NCBI GenBank assembly: GCA_036229005.1
Contig: JAZAMN010000050.1
Span: 42,998 to 106,997, forward strand
DNA: 64,000 bases
Reading direction: 5' to 3'
DNA from: Myxococcota bacterium
GTDB lineage: Bacteria > Myxococcota_A > UBA796 > CAJQPC01
The position numbers were made by a program, and so were the translations under genes. This document shows positions 37,982 through 49,988 of this stretch, piece by piece; the stretch's first letter is position 1; each line of letters begins with the position of its first letter. Under the pieces are notes generated by a model. The model was not told the origin of the DNA. It searched no databases and was given only the letters and a program-made list of their open reading frames with translations.

Positions 37982-38736
37982 GCCGCCCCAGCCGCCGCCA
38001 CTTCCTGCTCCGCGCCGGCGCCGTGGTCGGGGCCACCCTGGTCCTGCCCGGGGCGGCCTTCGCCCTGGGGGATGTGAGCCAGGTCGACGTGGTCGAGCTC
38101 CAGCTCCCCAAGGGCACTCTGTCCCGCCCGGGCGCATGGCGCACCATGCTCTACGAGGTCTCCCGCAGCACGTCTGTGGTCACCCAGCCCGACCAGGTCG
38201 TCCAGAGCAGCCCCGGGGACCTCGCGCTCTTCGAGCACCCCTTCGCCGTGCTCACCGGGGATGGCGCCTTCGACCCCCTGCCGGAGACCGAGCTCGAGCA
38301 GCTCAAGCGCTACCTGACCTACGGCGGCTTCCTCTACATCGACGACACGACCGGCGTGGAGGACTCCGAGTTCTCCCGCTCCGTGCGCCGCCTGCTCAAG
38401 CGCATGTTCCCGACCCGGCCGCTGCAGCAGCTCGAGCGCAGCCACTCGCTGTACCGGGCCTTCTTCTTGATCGACCGGCCCGTCGGCCGCGTGCTGGGCC
38501 CCGGCTACCTGGAGGGCATCAAGCTGGGCTCCATCTTCCCTGTGGTCTTTGGGCAGATCGACCTCTCCGGCGCCCTGGAGCGCACCGAGAGCGGCCAGTC
38601 CCTGCGCCCCGTGCCCGAGCGCCAGCGCCGCGAGGCCGTGAAGCTGGCCGTCAACCTGGTGCTCTACGCGCTGACCTCCAACTACAAGCAGGATCAGGCC
38701 CACGTGAAGCAGCTCCTGGAGGACAACCGCCTATGA
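37978..38736 (+). CDS. DUF4159 domain protein with Tat signal
   Basis: SRRHFL twin-arginine motif, LKRYLTYGGFLYIDD and AVNLVLYALT. Confidence 0.85.
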   Translation: MSRPSRRHFLLRAGAVVGATLVLPGAAFALGDVSQVDVVELQLPKGTLSRPGAWRTMLYEVSRSTSVVTQPDQVVQSSPGDLALFEHPFAVLTGDGAFDPLPETELEQLKRYLTYGGFLYIDDTTGVEDSEFSRSVRRLLKRMFPTRPLQQLERSHSLYRAFFLIDRPVGRVLGPGYLEGIKLGSIFPVVFGQIDLSGALERTESGQSLRPVPERQRREAVKLAVNLVLYALTSNYKQDQAHVKQLLEDNRL

Positions 38737-40991
38737 TCCAGTGGCTGTTGGGCGGTCCCCTGAGCACCCAGGGGCATCTGGAGCTGTCGGCCTCCACGCC
38801 GGAGCTGGTGGGCATCAGCGTGGGACTGGCGGCGGTGCTCGTGCTCGCCGGGATCTCCGGGCGCAAGGGCCGCGGCACCCCCCTCTGGGAGCTGCTCTCG
38901 CTGGCCGCCGGGCTGCTCGCGGTCGGGATGGCCATGGCGCGCCCGACCTGGGTGGAGAGCGCCGGGCGCACCGAGCCCGGGGTGCTCGCCATCCTGATCG
39001 ACGACTCCCACTCCATGTCCGTTCTGGAGGACGGACAGCCCCGCTCGTCCCAGGTCCAGGCGGCTCTGGACGCCGCGCGGGTGGGCCGCGCCGAGGTCTA
39101 CACCTTCGGCAGTCAGCTCGGGGTGGGGGAGCTCACCAGCTACCAGCAGGCCGGCACGGATCTCGGGGGCGCGCTGCGGGCGCTCCAGGACCGCTACGCC
39201 GGCGAGCGGCTGGCCGGGATCGTCGTCATCACGGACGGCCTGGATCGCGGAGGCCTGCGCCAGAGCGTGATGAGCACCCAGAGTCCGCGCCCGGTTGACC
39301 TCGCTGGGCCCCTGACCGTCTACCAGGTGGGGGACGCCCAGGAGCTCAATGATCTGGCCGTCGTTGAGATCGACTCCGGCGGCTATGCCTTCCAGGACGC
39401 CCCCTTCACGATCAGCGGGGCCATCCAGGGGGCGGGCTACGCGGGCCGCTCGGTCCCGGTGATCCTGCTGGAGGATGGCCAGGAGCAGGGCGCGCAGATG
39501 GTCACCCTGGACGCCCAGGGCCAGGCCCAGGTCAGCTTCGAGCTGGAGCGCGAGCGCCCCGGCCGCCACATCTACGAGCTCAAGGTCCCTCTCTGGGAGG
39601 GCGACGCCGTCCCCGGCAACAACAGCCTGCCGGTCGCGGTCAACGTGGTGCGCGACAAGATCCGCGTGCTGCAGGTCTGCGGCGGCCCCAGCTTCGACGA
39701 GAAGTTCCTGCGCCTCTTCCTCAAGCAGGACCCCGCGGTCGACCTCGTGTCCTTCTTCATCCTGCGCACCCCGGACGACGTGAACGCGTCGGAGTACCGC
39801 AGCCAGGAGCTCTCCCTCATCGAGTTCCCCTACATCACGCTCTTCACCCGCGCGGACCGCGACGGAGAGCTGGACAGCTTCGACCTCGTCGTCTTCCAGG
39901 ACTTCGACTACGCGCCCTACTTCGCCCGGGAGCAGGCCGATCTGCTGGGGGAGATCGCCGACTACGTGCGCGATGGCGGGGCCTTCGTGATGCTCGGCGG
40001 GGAGCGCAGCTTCGACAAGGGCGCCTACGACGGGACCCCCCTGGAGGACATCCTCCCGGTGGAGCTGGGGCTGGACCCAGAGGACTCCACGGACCTCGAA
40101 CGCTTTCAGCCCACCCTCACCCCAGAAGGGCAGCAGCACCCGGTCACCCGCTTGTTGGGCCAGAGCGAGGACAACAGCCTGCTCTGGCAGCGCCTGCCCC
40201 CACTGGACGGCTTGAACCTCTCTGCCGGGCTCGCGCCCGACTCCGCCGCGCTGCTCGTACACCCCACCCAGACCACCGCCGCCGGAGACCCCATGCCCGT
40301 GCTGGCCGTGCGCGAGGTGGGCGAGGGCCGCAGCATGGCCCTGATGGGCGACTCCTCCTGGCGCTGGGTCATGTCGGAGGCCGCCGCCGGCAACGGCAAC
40401 CAGGCCTACCTGCGCTTCTGGAAGAACAGCATGCGCTGGCTGATGCAGGACCGGGATGGTCAGCGCGTCCGGGTCGACGCCACCCGCGACAACCTGGGCA
40501 TCGGCGAGCCCGTCAGGCTGGTCGCCCGCGTCCGCGACGTCGGCTTCGAGGCCATGGAGGGCATCCCCGTCCGCGGCACCCTCCAGGGACCCGGCGGGAT
40601 GCAGAGCTTCGAGGCCACCACCAACGCCGCCGGAGAGGCCGTCATCGAACTGGAGACCTCGGGGTCGGGGAGCTTCACCGTGCAGGTGGAGGCGGGCAAG
40701 GAGTCCCAGGTGGTGGGCCGCGACAGCACGTCCTTCGCCGTGTCCGCTCGGGACCCCGAGCTCGATGAGATCCTGCCGGACAGCGCCTTCCTCCAGGCCT
40801 TCGCTGCGCTGCAGCAGGGCCGCTACTACGGACCGGGGGAGCTCGGCGCGCCCTTGCTGGATCCCGAGGCCGGCCGCGTGGTCGACGAACAGAAGCAGAC
40901 CCCCCTGTGGAGCGCGCCCATCCTGGCCCTGCTGGCCGGACTCGGGCTCGGTGGGAGCTGGCTGCTGAGGCGTCGCCGCGGGCTGCGCTGA
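38733..40991 (+). CDS. Membrane protein with VWA-like and glutamine amidotransferase-like (GATase1_like) domains
   Basis: ATGA overlap. Motifs DDSHSM, ITDG, DLVSFFILRT, ELSLIEFP, YVRDGGAFVMLGG, LPV and SWRW, with a C-terminal TM and RRRRG. Confidence 0.8.
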   Translation: MIQWLLGGPLSTQGHLELSASTPELVGISVGLAAVLVLAGISGRKGRGTPLWELLSLAAGLLAVGMAMARPTWVESAGRTEPGVLAILIDDSHSMSVLEDGQPRSSQVQAALDAARVGRAEVYTFGSQLGVGELTSYQQAGTDLGGALRALQDRYAGERLAGIVVITDGLDRGGLRQSVMSTQSPRPVDLAGPLTVYQVGDAQELNDLAVVEIDSGGYAFQDAPFTISGAIQGAGYAGRSVPVILLEDGQEQGAQMVTLDAQGQAQVSFELERERPGRHIYELKVPLWEGDAVPGNNSLPVAVNVVRDKIRVLQVCGGPSFDEKFLRLFLKQDPAVDLVSFFILRTPDDVNASEYRSQELSLIEFPYITLFTRADRDGELDSFDLVVFQDFDYAPYFAREQADLLGEIADYVRDGGAFVMLGGERSFDKGAYDGTPLEDILPVELGLDPEDSTDLERFQPTLTPEGQQHPVTRLLGQSEDNSLLWQRLPPLDGLNLSAGLAPDSAALLVHPTQTTAAGDPMPVLAVREVGEGRSMALMGDSSWRWVMSEAAAGNGNQAYLRFWKNSMRWLMQDRDGQRVRVDATRDNLGIGEPVRLVARVRDVGFEAMEGIPVRGTLQGPGGMQSFEATTNAAGEAVIELETSGSGSFTVQVEAGKESQVVGRDSTSFAVSARDPELDEILPDSAFLQAFAALQQGRYYGPGELGAPLLDPEAGRVVDEQKQTPLWSAPILALLAGLGLGGSWLLRRRRGLR

Positions 40992-41031
40992 ACGCCCTTC
41001 ACTGTGGTAGAACACCGGCAGGAGGGTCGAA

Positions 41032-41292
41032 ATGGCCGACTACCAGTGTCCAGAGTGTGGAGCGAGCGTCAGCCGTCAGAGCGCGGGGCCTGCAGCCCGG
41101 GCTTTCGGCGCGGCCGGCATGTTGATCGGGGCGGCCTTCGCGGACTTCGAGTGCCCGGAGCACGGCGTCATCACCCGCGGTCAGTTCCCGCCCGAGGTGC
41201 AGAGCAAGATGCGCAGGGGCTCGATGGGGCTCGTGGCCGGCGCGGTGGTGTTGTTCATTGTGGTCATCGCGCTGCTCATCGCCCTGAACTGA
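41032..41292 (+). CDS. Small zinc-ribbon membrane protein
   Basis: AGGAGG SD, CPECG...CPEHG and a C-terminal TM helix. Confidence 0.7.
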   Translation: MADYQCPECGASVSRQSAGPAARAFGAAGMLIGAAFADFECPEHGVITRGQFPPEVQSKMRRGSMGLVAGAVVLFIVVIALLIALN

Positions 41293-41416
41293 GGGGCTTG
41301 GGGGTGGTCGGGCCTGCTGGGCCCACCGCCCAAACGCGTGCGCGCCGGTCACTCCCTGGAGAGGCCGGCGCGCAAGCGAGGACAGGCGACCTGCGAGCAG
41401 GCCGCTGGGGGTGGGC

Positions 41417-41644
41417 TCAGTGGTGAGCCGGCTCCACGGTGCCCTTGTTCGAGGTCAGCAGCGCGACCACGAAGGTCACCAGGGGGACCACGACCACGAG
41501 GCCCCAGTACACGGCGGGGAACATGCCGCTGTCGTGGTGCTCGGCGCCGGCGGCCTCGTGGCCACCCTCAGCGCTGGCCAGAGCCACGGAGGGGAGGACG
41601 ACAGCGGCAGCGGAGGCCAGGAAGGGGAGGGTCTTGCGGATCAT
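41417..41644 (-). CDS. Small exported/membrane His-rich protein (75 aa)
   Basis: Signal peptide ending VALA, then EGGHEAAGAEHHD and one TM. GC3-rich codons. Confidence 0.6.
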   Translation of the reverse strand: MIRKTLPFLASAAAVVLPSVALASAEGGHEAAGAEHHDSGMFPAVYWGLVVVVPLVTFVVALLTSNKGTVEPAHH

Positions 41645-41743
41645 GAGGGTCCTCACGGATCGAAGGCTTGGGCGGGCGCAGGCCCGCCGCATCAGGTCGG
41701 CGCAGAGTAGCGCATTGAGGGGGCCGGGGCCACAGCGGGGACC

Positions 41744-43792
41744 CTAGGCCACGTCGAAGCGGTCGAACACCATGGAGAAGCCACCGCGCCCACGGGTCAT
41801 GGAGCGGATGGTCGTGGTGTAGCCCAGCAGCTTGTCCAGGGGGCAGTCGCACTTGATCGTGCTGGGCTCGCCGGGATCGGTCTCCTGGATCATCGCACCG
41901 CGGGCCTGCAGATCGCCGAGCACGGCGCCCAGGTTCTCGCTGGGGACGACCACCTCGGTCTTCATGATGGGCCGGAGCACCTGGCCGCCGCCCTTCACCA
42001 TCGCGTTGCGCACGGCCTCGGCCACCGCGACGCGGATCGCCTGGGGGGTGGAGATCTCACCAAAGACCTCGATGGCGTCGACCTGGACGCGCACGTCCTG
42101 GAGCGTGGAGCCCTGCACGGGGCCCGCGATGCTCGCGTCCTTGGCGCCAGCGGTGACCGCCTCGGCCAGGGTGGGGGAGAGCTGGGTGGCGGTGCCGGTG
42201 ACCTTGACGTTGGAGGTGTCGACCTCGATGCCGGCGCCGCGCTCGCGGGGAGACACGGTGGCGGAGGCCCAGGCCTTCATCTCGATGGTCTTGGTCTCCT
42301 GCTCGATGACCCGGTGGAACAGGGCCTCAGCGCTGCCCTTTCCGCCGATGGTCTCCCGCATGACCACGTCCGGCTTGCCGGCGCGCACCTTGACCCCGGC
42401 CTCGCGCTTGATGCGCTCGAAGTAGATCTGCAGGTGCAGCTCGCCCATGCCGCGGAGCACGCGCTGGCCGGTCTCCTTGTCCTCCTCCAGGCGGAGGGTG
42501 GGGTCCTCGGCGACCAGCTTGTTGAGGGTCTCCATGAGCTTGGCCTCGTCCTTGGCGGACTCGGGCTCGATGGCCAGGCCCAGCACGGGCTCGCGGGCCT
42601 CGATGCGCTCCAGGAGGACGGGGTGGTCCTGGGCGCAGAGGGTGTCGCCGGTGCTGGCCTTCTTGAGGCCGGCGATGGCGATGATCTGCCCGGCGACGGC
42701 CTTGTCGATGCGCTTGGCCTTGTCGGCGTCGATGTCGAACACGCGGGCCACGCGCTCGGTCTGCACGCCGCCCTCGCCGTCCGGGATGGCCACAATGTCG
42801 CCGGGGCTCAGGGTCCCGCGGTACACGCGGCAGAACATCCGGCGGCGGCCGTCAAAGTGCTGGACCTTGAAGACCAGAGCCGCCATGGGACCGTTCTCGT
42901 CCATCTCGACGATCTCTTCGTTGCCGTCGGCGTCCACGGCGGTGGAGGGGGGGCCCTCACCGGGGGCGGGGAGCACCTTGATCACGCCGTCCAGCAGGGG
43001 CTGCACGCCCTGGTACTTGAGGGCGGAGCCGCCAAAGCAGGGGAAGGCCTTGCCGCTGAGGCAGGCCTTGCGCAGGGCGGCCCAGAGCTGCTCGGGGGGG
43101 ATGGGCTCGTCCATGAGCACCAGCTCCTCGAGCTCCTCGTCGAACTCGGCGGCGCCCAGCAGCATGGTCTCGCGCAGGTCGGCCAGGGACTCCCAGGTGT
43201 CGTCGTCCACCCGCTCGGTGTGCACGGTCTCGCCCATCTCACCCTCGAAGGTGTAGGCGATGCGCTCGACCAGGTTCACCACCTTCTTCTCGTCGGGCAG
43301 GGGCACGCAGACGGGGAGTGGCTCGCCGCCCAGCTTGGTGCGGATGGTCTCCAGGCTGCGGCGGAAGTCCGAGCCGGGGCGGTCCATCTTGTTCACGAAG
43401 AAGCAGGCGGGGACCTGGTACTTGGAGCGCTGACGCCACACCGTCTCGGTCTGGGGCTCCACGCCGCGCACGCCGTCCATGACGACCACGCAGCCGTCCA
43501 GCACGCGCATGGAGCGCTCGACCTCGATCGTGAAGTCCACGTGTCCGGGGGTGTCGACGATCTGGATCAGGTGATCCGCCCAGTCGGCCTTGGTCACGGC
43601 GGCCATGATGGTGATGCCGTGCTCCTGCTCCTCCGGGATGTAGTCGGTGTGCGCCTCACCATCGTGCACTTCGCCGATCTTGCGGAGCGCGCCGGTGTAA
43701 TAGAGGATGCGCTCGGTGAGGGTGGTCTTCCCGGCGTCCACGTGAGCGGCGATGCCGATGTTTCGAACCCTGCTGAGGTCGTTCTGGGCCAT
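41744..43792 (-). CDS. fusA: Elongation factor G paralog (stand-alone)
   Basis: AHVDAGKTT, HGITI, DTPGHVDF, NKMD, GMGELHL and IRSMTRGRG. Not flanked by rpsL/rpsG/tuf. Confidence 0.88.
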   Translation of the reverse strand: MAQNDLSRVRNIGIAAHVDAGKTTLTERILYYTGALRKIGEVHDGEAHTDYIPEEQEHGITIMAAVTKADWADHLIQIVDTPGHVDFTIEVERSMRVLDGCVVVMDGVRGVEPQTETVWRQRSKYQVPACFFVNKMDRPGSDFRRSLETIRTKLGGEPLPVCVPLPDEKKVVNLVERIAYTFEGEMGETVHTERVDDDTWESLADLRETMLLGAAEFDEELEELVLMDEPIPPEQLWAALRKACLSGKAFPCFGGSALKYQGVQPLLDGVIKVLPAPGEGPPSTAVDADGNEEIVEMDENGPMAALVFKVQHFDGRRRMFCRVYRGTLSPGDIVAIPDGEGGVQTERVARVFDIDADKAKRIDKAVAGQIIAIAGLKKASTGDTLCAQDHPVLLERIEAREPVLGLAIEPESAKDEAKLMETLNKLVAEDPTLRLEEDKETGQRVLRGMGELHLQIYFERIKREAGVKVRAGKPDVVMRETIGGKGSAEALFHRVIEQETKTIEMKAWASATVSPRERGAGIEVDTSNVKVTGTATQLSPTLAEAVTAGAKDASIAGPVQGSTLQDVRVQVDAIEVFGEISTPQAIRVAVAEAVRNAMVKGGGQVLRPIMKTEVVVPSENLGAVLGDLQARGAMIQETDPGEPSTIKCDCPLDKLLGYTTTIRSMTRGRGGFSMVFDRFDVA

Positions 43793-43940
43793 GGTGTCCT
43801 CGCTGGCGGGCGGTCCTATCGCAGTGTGTGGGGGCCAGCACGTCTATGCACGGTGAGCCACCTCGCTCATGTGACACCTGGGAAACCCACCTCGACAGGG
43901 CCGCGCTGACCCCGTACCAAGGCGGGAACCCGAGGTGAAC

Positions 43941-45028
43941 ATGGGCGGCATCCTGCTTCTGGAAGACGGACGCTCTTTTGAGGGGGAGGCGTTCGGCGCC
44001 ACCACCTCCCTGGTCGGGGAGATCGTGTTCAACACGGCCATGACCGGGTACCAAGAGGTCCTCACCGACCCCAGCTACCGCGAGCAGATCGTCGCCATGA
44101 CGACGCCGCACATCGGCAACTATGGGGTGAACGACGAAGACGTCGAGTCCGGCCGCGTGCAGGTCTCCGGCTTCATCGCGCGCAGCTTCTCCAAGCGCTG
44201 GTCGAACCACCGCGCGGAGGGCGGTCTGGACCACTACCTGCGCAAGGCGGGGGTCCCCGGACTCCACGGCGTCGACACGCGCGCGCTGGTGCGGCACATC
44301 CGCGAGAAGGGGGCCATGAAGGCCGTGATCTCGACGGACGGCAAGCCCTTGGCCCAACTCCAGGAGCTGATGGACGCCTGGCCAGGGATGGAGGGACGCG
44401 CGCTCGCCTACGAGGTCAGTGTGTCCGAGTCCTACGTCTACAACGACCCCGAGGCGCCCACCCTGCGGGTCTCGGTGCTGGACGGCGGCTGCAAGACCAA
44501 CATCCTGCGCAAGTTCGCGGAGGCTGGCGCCCGCGTCGAGGTCTTCCCGGCCACCACCAAGGCCGAGGTGCTGCGCAAGGACGCCGACTGCGTGTTCCTG
44601 AGCAACGGCCCCGGCGACCCCGCGGCGCTCCCCGAGATGTACGCCGAGGTCTCCAAGCTGGTCGGCGAGCTGCCGCTGCTGGGCATCTGCCTGGGCCATC
44701 AGCTCCTGGCCCTGGCCCTGGGCGCCAAGACCTACAAGCTGCCCTTCGGGCACCGCGGCGGCAACCACCCGGTCAAGGACCTGGTCACCGGCAAGGTGGA
44801 GATCACCTCGCAGAACCACGGCTTCTGCGTGGATGAGGAGAGCCTGCTCGCGACGGGGGCGGAGGTGAGCCACCTCAACCTCAACGACAAGACGGTCGCT
44901 GGCTTCGTCCACCCCGGAAAGCGGGTCATGGGCATCCAGTACCACCCCGAGGCCGCGCCCGGCCCCCACGACGCCCAGCACCTGCTGGTGGAACGCTTCA
45001 TCCGTTTCGGCAAGACCGGAGAGCTCTG

Positions 45029-45029
<1 letters not shown>
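43941..45029 (+). CDS. carA: Carbamoyl-phosphate synthase small subunit
   Basis: [41 protein letters not shown] and QYHPE. Confidence 0.97.
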
Positions 45030-48198
<3,169 letters not shown>

Positions 48199-48202
<4 letters not shown>

Positions 48203-48840
48203 GTCGGGAGCTGCAGGGCTCACCGCCTGGCCCGGGACGCACCCTCTTTGTCGGGGACGTCCACGGCTGCAGCGAGGAGCTCTCGGCGCTCATCGAGCTC
48301 GCCCGAGCGGACCGCGTGTTCCTGTGTGGGGATCTCTTCACCAAGGGGCCAGACCCGCTGGGGGTCTGGGCCCTGATCCGCCAGCATGACCTCGCCTGCG
48401 TCAAGGGCAACCACGATGACCACGTGGCCACCAAGCCCACGAAGTTTGGCCACTGGTTGACGCCTGAGATCCAGTCCTTCCTCTCCCGGCTCCCCCTGAC
48501 CCGGCGCGTGGGCCGTTGCATCCTGGTTCACGCCGGCATCCACCCCATCAAGGGGCTGGCCGGGACCACCCGCCGCATCGCGCTCTACCAGCGCCGCTTC
48601 CCCGACGACAAGGACCCCGCCAACCCCTTCTGGTACGACGCGGGCTGGCAGGGGCCGGAGTGCGTGGTGTTCGGTCACGACGCCATGCGCGGGCTGGTCC
48701 GGCGCGAGAAGGGCGGCGTCCCCATCGCCATCGGTCTGGACACGGGCTGTGTCTACGGCGGCAAGCTGTCGGGCTGGCTGATGGAGGAGGACCGGGTGCT
48801 GCAGGTGCCGGCGCGGCGGGTGTACAAGCCGGTGGGGTAG
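48199..48840 (+). CDS. Calcineurin-like metallophosphoesterase (ApaH/PrpE-like), probable CTG start
   Basis: Motifs VGDVHG (upstream of the ORF-track start), GDLFTKG, KGNHD, VHAG, FGH and GLDTGC. Confidence 0.8.
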
Positions 48841-49869
48841 TCAGGGGGCGTCCCAACACTTGAGTGTCCTGTCTGGACCGACCTCAGGGAGGCCGGTTCG
48901 GAACACCGCCAGCGGCCGGGAGAGATCCAGGGTCCATGCAGGTGGGGGCGGAGTCGGAGACTCCAGGACGATGGGCCCCTCGGCCCTTGCGCCCCCTGCC
49001 AGTTGGTGGTTGGGGGCCCCGAGTGCGGCGAGCTGGTCCAGATACTGCACCTGGGTCCCATGGGGGACGTCCGAGGTCGGGGCCACAAAGATGCAGCTTG
49101 GCGTCCTGGGCAGGAGGCTGCGGCTGGCTTCCTCCAGGAACTCCGGGGCTTCGACGGTGGTCCTATCCCCGCCATAGCCGTGACCTTCGTGCAGTGTCGC
49201 CGACGCACTGGTGAGCTCCAGCCAGGCGGCGCCTCGGCCTGGGAGCGGAGGGATCGGCGGGGTGGGCTTGGGGTCGTCCACCAGGTAGGCGAAGGTGGAG
49301 ACCCCCGCAGTGCCGATGCTGTAGATCGCCCGCTGGAGCATGACAGACGGCACGGCCTCGTCCACGACCAGGAGCGCGGTTGCAGGGGGGCGCTCCTCAG
49401 CCTCGGGAGACACCCCCAGCATCTCGCTCCAGCGGGCGTATTGCTGGTGTGTGGCGTCGTGGAGTCGCACCAGCAGCGGGCCCTTGGTCTCATCCTTCGC
49501 GAGGCGGAGCCCCTCATGGAACTCCAACACATCCTCCCCATTCAGCCGCATCCCCCCCACGTGGATCTCCAGCACCAGCGGCTGCACCACGCCCCGCTCC
49601 AGCATGTCGGCGGGGTGTGAGCTCATCTGACAGACCTGCCAGCTCCGCAGGCACTTGAGGTCCTCCTCCGTCGGCTCGGTCGGGCCGGGCCAGAAGAGCT
49701 CCTCGACGTTCAGGGTGCTCGCGTTCTCCGCCGCAGGCAGTCGCGCCGTGAAGGTCAGCGCCGAGTCCGACTGCGCCGACTGTGTCGTCTCGCTGGGCGG
49801 CGTCTCCTCCGTCGGCTCCAGCGCGGGCGTCCCCCCAAACCACAGGCTCCCCAACATCATCCCCAGCAT
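48841..49869 (-). CDS. Hypothetical exported protein with two ExbD/AglS-like periplasmic modules
   Basis: LLVVDEAVPSVMLQRAIYSIGTAGVSTFAYLV and IFVAPTSDVPHGTQVQYLDQLAALG both resemble ExbD C-terminal motifs. TAGACT -10 and GGGAG SD upstream. Confidence 0.5.
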   Translation of the reverse strand: MLGMMLGSLWFGGTPALEPTEETPPSETTQSAQSDSALTFTARLPAAENASTLNVEELFWPGPTEPTEEDLKCLRSWQVCQMSSHPADMLERGVVQPLVLEIHVGGMRLNGEDVLEFHEGLRLAKDETKGPLLVRLHDATHQQYARWSEMLGVSPEAEERPPATALLVVDEAVPSVMLQRAIYSIGTAGVSTFAYLVDDPKPTPPIPPLPGRGAAWLELTSASATLHEGHGYGGDRTTVEAPEFLEEASRSLLPRTPSCIFVAPTSDVPHGTQVQYLDQLAALGAPNHQLAGGARAEGPIVLESPTPPPPAWTLDLSRPLAVFRTGLPEVGPDRTLKCWDAP

Positions 49870-49988
49870 GCGATCTCCCAGCTCACGAGCAGTCTACAGC
49901 CCGCTGCGATCCGGATCATGTGGCTCATCGGAGTCCTCCAAGGCCAGCATGTCGGTCGGGGATGGGGACGGTGCGCGGATCTGAGGGA

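Noticed and set aside
33907..38736. MoxR-DUF58-BatA-DUF4159 core as a novel system
   Set aside because: This is a known, widely distributed gene cluster. Only its extra neighbours are flagged.
43793..43940. Possible pyrimidine/arginine attenuator or riboswitch before carA
   Set aside because: Only a short TGAGC/GCTCA stem is present. I could not identify a PyrR loop, U-tract or riboswitch consensus.
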